From positions 896,001 to 960,000 of the forward strand of contig CAVPLT010000004.1 in NCBI GenBank assembly GCA_963706325.1: DNA of 64,000 nt, in the 5' to 3' direction. Below the pieces are notes generated by a model. It did not search any database. It was not told where the DNA came from and worked only from the letters and a program-made list of their open reading frames with translations. How positions within the stretch are numbered: the first letter of the stretch is position 1; the number at the start of each line of letters is the position of its first letter. Shown piece by piece: positions 20,669 to 29,995 of the stretch. A program made the position numbers and the translations under genes. The DNA comes from an uncultured Nitrospiraceae bacterium. Lineage in GTDB: Bacteria > Nitrospirota > Nitrospiria > Nitrospirales > Nitrospiraceae.

Positions 20669-20905
20669 ATGGGCCGATTTGGTCGAATGCTTCGATTCGT
20701 GTTCCTTCTTGTTCTCGCGTTATTGCTGGTAGATCTAATCTACGGTTATGTCATGGGCCAGCCTACGGCCCAGTATATCGAGATCGGCCTCCACGTCATT
20801 GCCGTCATTCTGGTCTTGGGCCGTGGTCATATTCAATGTACGCGCGCGAGGAAGTTTTCTCCGGTTCACCCTTCATGGTTCAGTGTATCATCCAAAAAAC
20901 CATGA
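20669..20905 (+). CDS. Small hypothetical membrane protein
   Basis: Two hydrophobic helices. Confidence 0.4.
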   Translation: MGRFGRMLRFVFLLVLALLLVDLIYGYVMGQPTAQYIEIGLHVIAVILVLGRGHIQCTRARKFSPVHPSWFSVSSKKP

Positions 20906-21029
20906 GAGGGTTTTGTGGATAGCTGCGCACACCGTACCAGTAGTCTCGCGCCATTGACGAGAGAGGACAAATTTCAATCAATGGCACTACCAACCGAGTG
21001 GAGACGCCCCCAACCTGCCTGATGCACCA

Positions 21030-21057
21030 TTGACCTCCTATGCCGAATTGCTATACT
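21030..21057 (+). promoter_or_regulatory. Putative sigma-70 promoter of the GYD gene
   Basis: TTGACC-16 bp-TATACT with an extended -10 TG. Confidence 0.55.
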
Positions 21058-21088
21058 GCGCACTTCAGCCAATGAAAGAAGATAATCG

Positions 21089-21421
21089 ATGCCATTCTAT
21101 CTGACGCGGTTCAGCTACACGCCAGAAACGTGGGCGAAGCTCATTAAGAATCCGGAGGACCGCCGAGCTGCAGCTCAGCAGTACATCGAATCAGTCGGGG
21201 GAAAGTTGCATGGTTTCTGGTATGCCTTCGGCGATCATGACGCATACAACCTGTGGGAGGCCCCTGATAACGTGTCGATGGCAGCCACTGCGATCGCAAT
21301 CAGTGCGGGAGGAGCGTTAAGTTCCCTACATACCACCCCGTTATTGACGGTTGAGGAGACACTCGCGGCTCTACAAAAGGCGTCGTCGATCAAATATCGA
21401 CCACCGGGAGACAAAGGATAG
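21089..21421 (+). CDS. GYD domain-containing protein
   Basis: NPEDRRAAA...SVGGKLHGFWYAFGDHD...TTPLLT. Confidence 0.85.
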   Translation: MPFYLTRFSYTPETWAKLIKNPEDRRAAAQQYIESVGGKLHGFWYAFGDHDAYNLWEAPDNVSMAATAIAISAGGALSSLHTTPLLTVEETLAALQKASSIKYRPPGDKG

Positions 21422-21447
21422 GAATATCCAGCCGCTCACGGAACTGC

Positions 21448-21903
21448 TCAGCGCTCTCGCCACTCCCACGGCGGCACTGGGCGCGGATCAACCCATAGTC
21501 CTCGCTTCGCCTCCCGGGCCTGCCGTTCCAGCTCTCCCAACCGAGGGTCTTTTGAGTATTTTCGAAACCACCAGGCCAGACCAGCCTTGATGAGCTCCTG
21601 ATTCAGAATCCGGCCGTCCGGCAGAAGCACTTCTGCCAGCCGCCGGCCGTACCGATCGCGCTTGTCCACATACACCGTGACATCATGCCCAAAGGCTAGT
21701 TCGGAAGTGTATTCCTTCGCTCGTGTGCCGAAGGGCTGGCGCTTCTCGGGGCAGTCGATGCCGAGCAAGCGAATCTGTTCGGCTTGGCCATCGTGTAGGA
21801 CCCGGATGGAATCGCCGTCGATGACGCCGACAACCTTTCCGATAAATTCGAGGTGGGCAAGGAGAGGGGTCAACAGCCTGCGGAGATTCAGCGATGTTCT
21901 CAC
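21448..21903 (-). CDS. Thermonuclease (SNase) family protein
   Basis: VIDGD, IRLLGIDCPE, DRYGR-x-LA, NQELIKAGLAW, AREAKRGLW. Confidence 0.92.
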   Translation of the reverse strand: MRTSLNLRRLLTPLLAHLEFIGKVVGVIDGDSIRVLHDGQAEQIRLLGIDCPEKRQPFGTRAKEYTSELAFGHDVTVYVDKRDRYGRRLAEVLLPDGRILNQELIKAGLAWWFRKYSKDPRLGELERQAREAKRGLWVDPRPVPPWEWRER

Positions 21904-22193
21904 TGGGCTGGCAGTCTACATGACATACAGGGTTGGCGATAGCACACGGGAAAAGGGGTGGGCAAAGACCTCAAGAGATTGAAAGCCTGAGGAGGCTTCC
22001 ATCACTGATCAATCCTCGCCATCCGAGATGATAGTGTCACCTGTCAATTCTACCAGTAATCCCGAATCTCCCAAAGGCTCAACATGGGGCCTTTAAGTAA
22101 TTAATGGTTCGCCTTCGTGCCTACGCGCTGCGCCCTGATGCAGGTCTCGGATGGTCGAATGAGCGGGGTGTGATACTGGCGGTGATCCTTCTT

Positions 22194-22908
22194 ATGAGAC
22201 TATCGATCGCAGGAATGTTTCTCGTTGTGGTGCCGGCGCTATTGGGCGGGTGCAATCGCCCGTTCCATCTGTGGGAAGCCCATACAACCGCTACTCAAGT
22301 CCCTCCCTCACTGGTAGTCAGCTTGCTGTCTCAGTCACAGACCGCCATTCTTTTGCCCGCCACCTATAATCATCTGCAAGGCTATCTCCCCGCTCTGTCT
22401 CAAGCGCTCACCGTGGCCTGTGGTCAAACCTCTCCCGCAATCCCGGTGCTCGCTCAGTACGAGACCGTCAATCGGATCAACGCGCCGGGTATGGTGCTGG
22501 ACTATGTGGAGCAGGATCCAAGTTTTGCCGCCAGCCGATTTCTATCGCATGACCGTCTGCAAAAGATTCGAGAAACCTTGGGAGTCAGATATGTGCTTCA
22601 ACCCGGGCTCATCTATGTAACCGACAACATGGACGACAAGTTCGAGCTAATGGGTTGGCATATCCTGCGAAGCCGGGTCAACACTCTTGGACTATGGCTT
22701 CGATTATGGGATGCGCAGACTGGGGAGTTTCTCTGGGAGTCAGCGGGGGAAAGCGACCGTGGCGGCTGAACTGTTAGATGAAGGCTCGACCGTGCCATTT
22801 CACGCCATCGCCCGAAAACTGTGGCGTCACATGATTCAAGAAGGGTTATTGACTGGGAAAAGAACCTCCCGGTCCTTCTTGAAGGAAGAGTTTTCTGTCG
22901 AGCCATAG
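22194..22908 (+). pseudogene. Hypothetical lipoprotein, one frameshift near 22752
   Basis: Lipobox LGGC; LRLWDAQTGEFLWESAGE | ATVAAELL continues in the next frame. Confidence 0.6.
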
Positions 22909-23191
22909 ACGATTGGCCATCAACATGAAGGAGGAATGACATGAGACCAGTCTGAAGCATGCAGCTAGCTGCTGTAGGCGCCGGAAAAGGGTGAGGATCG
23001 TGCGAGGAGCTCCGTCGGCTATTAATTTCGTTAAATTCGTTTCTTTCGTAGAAGAGCGGCGCTGGCGGGCTGGTGGATCCGGACCGAGGAGGATCTCGAA
23101 AAGTGAAGGCCGGAGGGGCTGTCTTCTCTGTACTGGCCGGGTCAAACACGATGAGTCGGGTGACGGGACAGGACGCGCTCTCCTCGTCAGA

Positions 23192-23344
23192 TCATCCTTC
23201 AGGATCCGGCATCAAGGGCTTAATGGGGTCGACCGTCCGGGAGAGGTAGCTGCCGCACTGGTGACAGATCAGCTCCTCTAGTCCTGGAGATTCTCGCACC
23301 TCCATAGGCGTGGCACATTGGGGGCAGGGCGGCTGGGCAGACAT
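23192..23344 (-). CDS. 50-aa zinc-ribbon microprotein (below ORF-track cutoff)
   Basis: MSAQPPCPQCATPMEVRESPGLEELICHQCGSYLSRTVDPIKPLMPDPEG; two CxxC motifs; AGGTG upstream. Confidence 0.6.
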   Translation of the reverse strand: MSAQPPCPQCATPMEVRESPGLEELICHQCGSYLSRTVDPIKPLMPDPEG

Positions 23345-23920
23345 TAGCACCTGGTGAAGTTGGGCCGTTGAAGGAGTTCAGACTACAGTATGCTAAACAC
23401 TTGTGCTGAATCCAGAACCGAAGAAGGCTCGATAAAGCTAGGGGGACCGTGAGCATCGGTCGTTTATGTCGTTTCGGTCGTCAGCCCCCGTTCAGCAGAT
23501 GTGGGGAAGAAAACTCCCTCAGCCGCGCCACTGATTCGCCGTGGTTTTTCGTTTCGTTCGTTTATTTCCCAGAGAAGACCGGACCGGTGGCTGGGAGATC
23601 CGCACCGCGAGGAACGTTAAAGCGCGAAGGCGGGAGGGGGGATGCTTACCCTTGATTAAGCTACTCTGTCGGCTTTGTCGGGGTGCTACCAGGATAAATG
23701 GAGCCTGAAATAGCGAGCAGTGCCTCACTGTGTCGGGATTGTCGGGGCCTCTGTGGTATGAATCGGCCAAAATTCAATGGAGCCTGGCCATGGAAATGTG
23801 TGTAGCTAGCCGAGGGGTGCCCTTCTGTGGGTGGGGTCCTGCCGGAACATGGCGGGGGGGCCTTTCCTGGCCAGGGTGACAGCAAAGTGCGGAGTGGAGA
23901 AAATATTTTTACGTTTCCAC

Positions 23921-23943
23921 TGTCCCGTAATTTGTCCCGTAAT
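23921..23943 (+). repeat. Tandem TGTCCCGTAAT repeat (candidate integrase arm-type sites)
   Basis: Copies at 23921 and 23933; related TGTCCCTTA/TGTCCCGTA pair at 2653 and 2664. Confidence 0.65.
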
Positions 23944-24049
23944 CATCGGTGTCCACCGGAGTCCTTCGTCCTTCGACCCCATGATGGCAGATGGACAAGT
24001 CGCCGATAGATAAGGATTGGGTCAGATAGTCTCGGGGAGAGGAGGGGAG

Positions 24050-24114
24050 CGCCCAGGACTTAAAATCCTGTGTCTGAAAAGGCGTGCGGGTTCAAGTCCC
24101 GCCTCCCGCACCAA
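24050..24114 (+). repeat. attR, duplicated 3' part of tRNA-Leu
   Basis: 65 bp identical to 2530-2594; tRNA 5' part absent. Confidence 0.95.
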
Positions 24115-24225
24115 TTCAACCCACGTGATTAAAATCCCTCAGGCCCACAAGGCGGCCCGTACGGGTAGATCCCCTTCTCCAGCACCATTATCAATGACTT
24201 ACGCCCTTCCACCTTTTCCATTTCC

Positions 24226-24342
24226 CTAGCTACCAACAATTGCACTGCCCGATCTTGACCTCAAGCTCGCGAGTTTGAGCACTCGTTCCGACAGATCGCT
24301 TGCGATTTCATTCGTATAGCGCTGATACACGCTCTGGTTCCC
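24226..24342 (-). pseudogene. Relic C-terminus of a third tyrosine integrase
   Basis: SVYQRY-TNEIAS-DL-SER-V aligns without gaps to integrase 1 SMFRRY-SIVDNR-DL-RVG-V. Confidence 0.55.
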
Positions 24343-24555
24343 GAAGCGGGACACAGGGGTGGAATCCTGTAAATTCAGCACCTCGACTTCTCAAATTCAT
24401 TCCTTCCTGCCTCTGCAATTCCGACCGCGCCGAAAATGTAGCACTCGCACGGTGTTAGAGCCCAATGGCTCTAGAGCCCTTCACGGCTAGGTCTTACGAT
24501 TTCATTCGTCAGGTCATGATAAGGCTGATCAAACAACCGGATCAGGAAGACCGAT

Positions 24556-24909
24556 ATGTCTTCCATTCTTGTCATCGATGACGACACTGCGCTTCGTGAA
24601 GTCCTCCGAGTGGCTCTTGAGACCGCGGGACATCGTGTTCGCGAAGTGAGGAATGGTCGTGAAGGGATACGGGACTTCCGAAAGGAGCCTTGCGACCTTG
24701 TCATCACTGATATCTATATGCCCGAGCGCGATGGGCTTGAGCTCATCGATGGTTTGCGACGGACACATCCCCAGGTAAAAATTCTCGCCATGTCCGGCGC
24801 ATCGGGCACTATGGACTACTTGAATAAAGCTCGTGCATTGGGGGCGGCCATGGTCATTCGGAAACCCTTCGCCATGCGGGCAATGGTGAGAGCCGTCAGC
24901 GACTTATAG
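24556..24909 (+). CDS. Single-domain response regulator (CheY-like)
   Basis: ILVIDDD, DLVITDIYMPERDG, AMSG, KPF. Confidence 0.92.
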   Translation: MSSILVIDDDTALREVLRVALETAGHRVREVRNGREGIRDFRKEPCDLVITDIYMPERDGLELIDGLRRTHPQVKILAMSGASGTMDYLNKARALGAAMVIRKPFAMRAMVRAVSDL

Positions 24910-26337
24910 AGGAGGTGGCCCCACCGGCGTGCCAAATAAATCAGAATCCTGACGTTACGGGCTAAGGAGAGGCGTCCGGCTTTTGCTATTCGTCTGGTCG
25001 TTGCCACCGCACGTTACCTCGTGGATCTTCCATCCAGCCAAGCATACCTGCCGTTAGGAGCACTCCTATGTTGACGACGTCTGCTTCCGCATCTGTGCAT
25101 AACTTATGAGGGAATTCTGTTCTTTTGCTAATCCATATTTACGTAGTAGCTTATAGGACATTGCGTCCAGGTCAAGCAGGAGGCAGGGACTCGTATAGAA
25201 ATAACGAAGAGTCAAGCCACAAGATATAGGGGAGTTGATGGCATTCCATTCAATGCCTAAAAATTAGGCACCTTGCTGGGCTGGGCATACCTAGCACCGC
25301 TTAGGGCCTCGAAGCAGACTTATCAACAGACTTATCCCCAAAAATTGTGCACCACAAACCAAACGCTTGGAGTGGTTTCCACCATTGATTCCGACCTAGC
25401 GAAGCCCGTGTGGAGTTTAACTTCCTCCACATCTTGCTCAATGCATCAACTCCCCTGTTACCAATCGATGAGCGCCTTCTTTTCATGAGAGACAAGCGTC
25501 GATCACGGTATTATGTTCTTTTATAAGCGGGGCTGACATGGTCGCTGCCTCGAAGGGGGGGCATGGTCATGTCGTCGTTCCTGATTCATTGAGTTGGTAG
25601 GGGGTAACTTCCTCTGTTTTGATTACCAGCGCACCGGCGTTTTCGACTATCACCCCGGACTCCTGCTATGACTACTCTGGTGCTTCTCAGTTGCTGCGGA
25701 TAAAAGGCTTCCGGCGAACATACCAACCGGACCGAATGCCAGTGAGATCGCGACACGTAACTTCACAAGATTGTTCAATTAGTTGCTTCCGGAACCTGGA
25801 GGCACAGTGGCGATCACATTCCGTTTTAGAGGTGGACTAAAGGTCACATAGTTTCCCAGAGGAGGAAGCAAGGAGATGCCCTGGTCCATCTCCCCATATC
25901 TGCGGCACAGCATTCAAGCGGCCGACCCCGTCATTGCGATGACGGCAAAAAGAGGGAAGAAGAATCGTGTCCAGGCGCAGTCGCTGCCGCACTCAAATGG
26001 AAAGGCCTTTGGGCAATACTGTCGCATCGCCACACTTTCTGTTTCTGGAGTTCAATGCTCTCCGTATCACTTTGGGGAAGCCTCGATCTGGGAGCTGTCG
26101 ACTGTCTTGTGTCTGATCCTGCCATAACTCACAGCTAGAATGGACTTCGCTCGTCGAGCAGCATCGGTACGATCCTCTCACCAAGAGCATATTGAGCGGT
26201 CTGATATACTTGCAGCAGGGAATGGTCCCGTTCGTTCAGGACATCAGCAAGGAACGTCACCACTCAAGTCAAGGTCGAATCTTTAGCAAGGTAACGATAG
26301 TCGGGCGTTCACTAGGGAAGTATCAGGGAAGGGACGC

Positions 26338-26826
26338 ATGGAAGAGGTGATATTGCAGGAGCATAGGTCCGCTGTGAATAAGAATCATCAAGATATACCC
26401 TCCGGTGAGTGTGCGGTTCCTGCGCCGCCTCTTCCCTCTGATCCGTCAGCGCCTCGTTGCCCGATCAATAAGTGCAGTGGTCGTCTCAGGACTGAGGCGT
26501 CCGGCTACAATTCCCGCACCGGGTTAGAATTGATGATCTGCACGCTATGCGGGCATCGGGGGTTTCGATCCCGGGATGGTGTGATTCTCTTATTTCGAGG
26601 GGGGTATGAATACAAGTTTAGCTACGGTCCATCAATACAGACCCTCAACATTGTGTTGAGCTCCGCCGCAGTTAACCTGTGGGGTACTCACGACGTGAGC
26701 GATGATCAGCTAGCGAAGATCGCTGCAGAATGGGCCTTGCTATGTGGTCATACGAGCAGACAGATTCATTTAGGGATTCCCGCTGAAGAGTTCGCCGACT
26801 GCTACCTCTATTTTTGCAAGCCATAA
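26338..26826 (+). CDS. Hypothetical protein with zinc-ribbon-like motif
   Basis: CPINKC...CTLCG; GGAAGGGA RBS. Confidence 0.65.
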   Translation: MEEVILQEHRSAVNKNHQDIPSGECAVPAPPLPSDPSAPRCPINKCSGRLRTEASGYNSRTGLELMICTLCGHRGFRSRDGVILLFRGGYEYKFSYGPSIQTLNIVLSSAAVNLWGTHDVSDDQLAKIAAEWALLCGHTSRQIHLGIPAEEFADCYLYFCKP

Positions 26827-26934
26827 CGCAAGCTCTTCCCGTAACCTCTTCACGCATTCGACGGATGCCTTTGCCGTAAAGTGTTGTGCATTCTACGATA
26901 TTGAGGGCTGAGCGATGCTGCATGGGGGGTGTGC

Positions 26935-27501
26935 CTACCATTTGCCGAGCCAGTTGCGGCAGCCCGCATAATACGATGCGATCGCGATGGCTACAATAGA
27001 CATGATCTGCATGACGTGCTGCACCAGCACGCTCGGATCGATTGTTCTCGTCACGAATAGCACGGCGGCGGCGATGAGAGTCACGATGAAGGTGGTGCGT
27101 TTTGGGCAGAGACTGCCGTCGCGTTTGCTTTGTGCCGCCAGCACAATCCAGACACAGGCCCACCCGATGGCTCCGACGACCAGCGCAGCAGCGAGGTCCG
27201 TCATCCCCACCATGAGACTGCTTAGTCCGAGCTCAGTCTTCGGGCGGCGAGGGAGTTCGATGCGAATGCGATAGAGTTCTCCGACAGAGAGCGCGAGCCA
27301 GATGAGTAGGATCCCCAGCAGAAAACTGCCGCGTCCCATTTCTTCCGAGAAAAGACGTCGTCGAGCTGAAGGCTGCGCACCACCCTTCAGCGGGAGACCT
27401 TGAAAGTGCGGCGTGAAATCGTACCCGCATTCGCAGAACTGAGCGGCATGAGGATTGGAGAGTAGACAACGAGGACATTCAAGCGGCATCGGCTCGCTCA
27501 T
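26935..27501 (-). CDS. Membrane protein with N-terminal zinc ribbon
   Basis: CPRC-x-x-x-NP...CECGYDF followed by about four TM segments. Confidence 0.7.
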   Translation of the reverse strand: MSEPMPLECPRCLLSNPHAAQFCECGYDFTPHFQGLPLKGGAQPSARRRLFSEEMGRGSFLLGILLIWLALSVGELYRIRIELPRRPKTELGLSSLMVGMTDLAAALVVGAIGWACVWIVLAAQSKRDGSLCPKRTTFIVTLIAAAVLFVTRTIDPSVLVQHVMQIMSIVAIAIASYYAGCRNWLGKW

Positions 27502-27571
27502 TTCACCGCCCTAAGCATGGTAGAATCCCGCAGTTATCAAGTGGCACACACAATGATGTTTCGGAGGAACA

Positions 27572-27964
27572 ATGGCTTTCCAGCCGCGGTCATTCGGATT
27601 TGCAGTGTTGGGCGCTGTTTTCGCCGCGACAGCGGTGGGAGCCGGCGCCTTCGGCGCCCACGCGCTTAAAGCAATTCTGGATCCGGCCATGCTCGCCGTG
27701 TATGAAACCGCGGCGCGGTACCAAATGTACCATGCGCTAGGCCTCTTTGTCGTAGCCTGGTTGTGCGTCGAAATGCAAAGTCCGTGGGCGGTGAAAGCCG
27801 GGTGGCTATTTTGTGCCGGAATCCTATTATTCAGTGGGAGTCTGTACATCGTGGCGCTGGCTGGAATCAAATGGATGGGCGCGCTGACTCCCTTGGGCGG
27901 TGCGTCCTTCATCGGCGGATGGACGTGCATCGCGTGGGCCGCCTGGCGAGCCGGAGATCATTAA
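27572..27964 (+). CDS. DUF423 (YgdD/TMEM256) family membrane protein
   Basis: GAFGAHAL, YQMYHAL, LFSGSLY, TPLGG. Confidence 0.92.
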   Translation: MAFQPRSFGFAVLGAVFAATAVGAGAFGAHALKAILDPAMLAVYETAARYQMYHALGLFVVAWLCVEMQSPWAVKAGWLFCAGILLFSGSLYIVALAGIKWMGALTPLGGASFIGGWTCIAWAAWRAGDH

Positions 27965-29079
27965 CGATGTCGACGCTGTCCAGCGGCCGGTTTTTCTCCC
28001 GTCTTTGAGAAACAGGATGCGGTACGTTTACCGGTGATGGAGCCCCAGCCTCCTGCCGTATTGACGAATGTGCCTTCTAATCGTTGCCCCTCTCCGGAAA
28101 ATAAGAGACTATCTTCCTGCACGCCGGCCCTGGTTTCCCAGCGTAGATACACGCTATCGCCCAGGACGATGATTTCCGCAGGACTGGTTGTAGCGGTGCT
28201 TCCCGATGGGGCAAAGATGACGGTGGTCTTTTCTTCGCGATGGTTCTGATGATTGTGGATCGACCATTGCCAGGTTCCGCACAACCGCACAAGACCGCGC
28301 TGCTGCCGCACTTGATCTTTCCAGCTCAAAAGTCGAAACCATTCACGATGCACAGTTTGAATTGCCACAATTTCAATCTGAGCGGCCGCTCCCGCTCTTC
28401 GAGCGATTGCATCGCTCGTGCGAAGAGGCTCCGCCGGTGAGTCCTGGACCACCCCCTGAGCACCCGCATCCTGCAGGAGTTCGAGAAGCTGTCGGAGGTG
28501 CGGTTCCAGGGTCGTGCCTTCGGTCAACCATGCCAGCTGATCGTCGATCTGTCGTTTAAGGCCTGCCTGTTCTTCAGGGGTGGGAGTGAAACCAAGATCG
28601 CGGACGGCTTGCGCGAGTTGCCACGCCGCAAGTCCCCGCACCAGATTCCTAGCCGACTGGTTGAGGTCGTCGAGCAGCAGTTCTTTGGTCAGGGCCGGAG
28701 TGAGGCCTTTGGCTCCGATCGTCATAGCCGCATCATTCAATCCCACGCGGGGACCGATCACATTCTTAAACAGTGTGAGCGAGTCACCTTGCGCCGGGAG
28801 CGATGCCAATTCCCTGGAACTGTCTCGCAGCACTTCTTTAAACGCCGGAAAAAGATCGGCCAACACCGACTGCGCGCGAGCGGGAGTCTCATCAGCCCAT
28901 ACAACCGTTCCACTCATAAGAATGGCCGCGAGAGACAACACACCGACGATGACTAAGGAACCCCCTGACTGGTTCAGCATTGGCCAACGCGCTCCAACTA
29001 TAAGCAGAAAGAATGCGGAGGCACGGCGGTCTGACATCATGTGATGTCGACGCGCAGTGTCGGCCGTCCGTGTCACCAT
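27961..29079 (-). CDS. Exported hypothetical protein (start uncertain)
   Basis: Long ORF with signal-like segment ending VVWAD; C-terminal beta domain LCGTWQW...GSITGKR. Confidence 0.65.
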   Translation of the reverse strand: MVTRTADTARRHHMMSDRRASAFFLLIVGARWPMLNQSGGSLVIVGVLSLAAILMSGTVVWADETPARAQSVLADLFPAFKEVLRDSSRELASLPAQGDSLTLFKNVIGPRVGLNDAAMTIGAKGLTPALTKELLLDDLNQSARNLVRGLAAWQLAQAVRDLGFTPTPEEQAGLKRQIDDQLAWLTEGTTLEPHLRQLLELLQDAGAQGVVQDSPAEPLRTSDAIARRAGAAAQIEIVAIQTVHREWFRLLSWKDQVRQQRGLVRLCGTWQWSIHNHQNHREEKTTVIFAPSGSTATTSPAEIIVLGDSVYLRWETRAGVQEDSLLFSGEGQRLEGTFVNTAGGWGSITGKRTASCFSKTGEKPAAGQRRHR

Positions 29080-29089
29080 CCGTGGGCGG

Positions 29090-29917
29090 TTATGTTCCCT
29101 GGAAAGCAGTTTTCAGAAATGCCACCGTGGCATCCCAGGATTGGGCAGAGGCCGGCTTATGATAGCTGGCTGGACGCGTCTCGTCACAGAACGCATGGGA
29201 AGCGCCAGGATAAGTCTTAATCTCGATCCGTTTTCCTTGGGCGGCTGCATTGCGCAGATGCTCGACGTCCTGCTCGGTGGTCCAGGTATCCTGCTCCGCT
29301 TGATGGTAGAGGAGGGGGCTCATCATATTGTCCAAAAGATCGGGGGCCGTAACCTTTCCATAAAACGCGACCGCTGCGCGCAGCCGCTTGCGCTGGCACG
29401 CAAACCTGATGGCCAATGAACCGCCCATGCCGAAACCGACCACGCCGTGGATGTTGCGCTTGATATGTTCAAGGGTGTTGAGGTACTCGCAGCACGTGTT
29501 GATGTCCTGTAACAGCAGTTGATCGCTGCACTTGGCGAGGAGGGCTTCCGCAATCTCGGCATTCGCCGTGACCATGCCCCCAAGCCGTCCATACAATTTG
29601 GGAATGATCACCCCATAGCCTTCGCAGGCCAACCTGACACCGAGGTCCGTGATCTGAGAATTCATGCCCCACCAGTCATGCAACAGGACGATGCCGGGAT
29701 AGGCCGTCTTGTCTTGGGGCCAGAACTGGACACATTCCACTTGGACGTCTTTGCTCACGCGCGTCTTAAAATAGGGATCCACCATCGCATCTGTTGCGGT
29801 GGGAATTGCCACCCCACTGGGAAAGCGGGCCGTACCTGTGCCGATCTGTTGCGGCGAAAATGGTGTTGCCTGAGTAGTCATGGGCAGTGCGGTCCTTTCT
29901 CGATTGGGGTCTGGCAT
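29090..29917 (-). CDS. Dienelactone hydrolase family protein
   Basis: PGIVLLHDWWGMN, LACEGY, AAVAFYG, YPGASHAF; nucleophile motif reads GFGMGG. Confidence 0.85.
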   Translation of the reverse strand: MPDPNRERTALPMTTQATPFSPQQIGTGTARFPSGVAIPTATDAMVDPYFKTRVSKDVQVECVQFWPQDKTAYPGIVLLHDWWGMNSQITDLGVRLACEGYGVIIPKLYGRLGGMVTANAEIAEALLAKCSDQLLLQDINTCCEYLNTLEHIKRNIHGVVGFGMGGSLAIRFACQRKRLRAAVAFYGKVTAPDLLDNMMSPLLYHQAEQDTWTTEQDVEHLRNAAAQGKRIEIKTYPGASHAFCDETRPASYHKPASAQSWDATVAFLKTAFQGT

Positions 29918-29995
29918 CCAGCGACCGTCCGACAGGTACTATAGGTAGCGCATTTGGGCGTTGTCAATCAAGGCGCCGGCGGCGTTTGTGTCATA

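Larger units (their letters stand above)
2595..24114. mobile_element. ~21.5-kb integrative genomic island inserted at the tRNA-Leu(TAA) 3' end
   Basis: 65-bp tRNA-derived direct repeats at both ends; tyrosine integrase and excisionase-like gene at the tRNA-proximal end; accessory cargo. Confidence 0.92.

Noticed and set aside
23000..23950. CRISPR array
   Set aside because: Repeats are 5-11 bp with 9-12 bp periods; there is no repeat-spacer structure and no cas gene.
24050..24114. Second tRNA-Leu gene
   Set aside because: The 5' acceptor strand and most of the D-arm are missing; it is the att duplication.
2595..24114. Intact prophage or ICE
   Set aside because: No structural, terminase, lysis, relaxase or T4SS genes are recognisable.
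25094..25354. Chromosomal oriC
   Set aside because: Only one perfect DnaA box, no clear AT-rich unwinding element and no dnaA/dnaN nearby; kept as an unexplained regulatory block.
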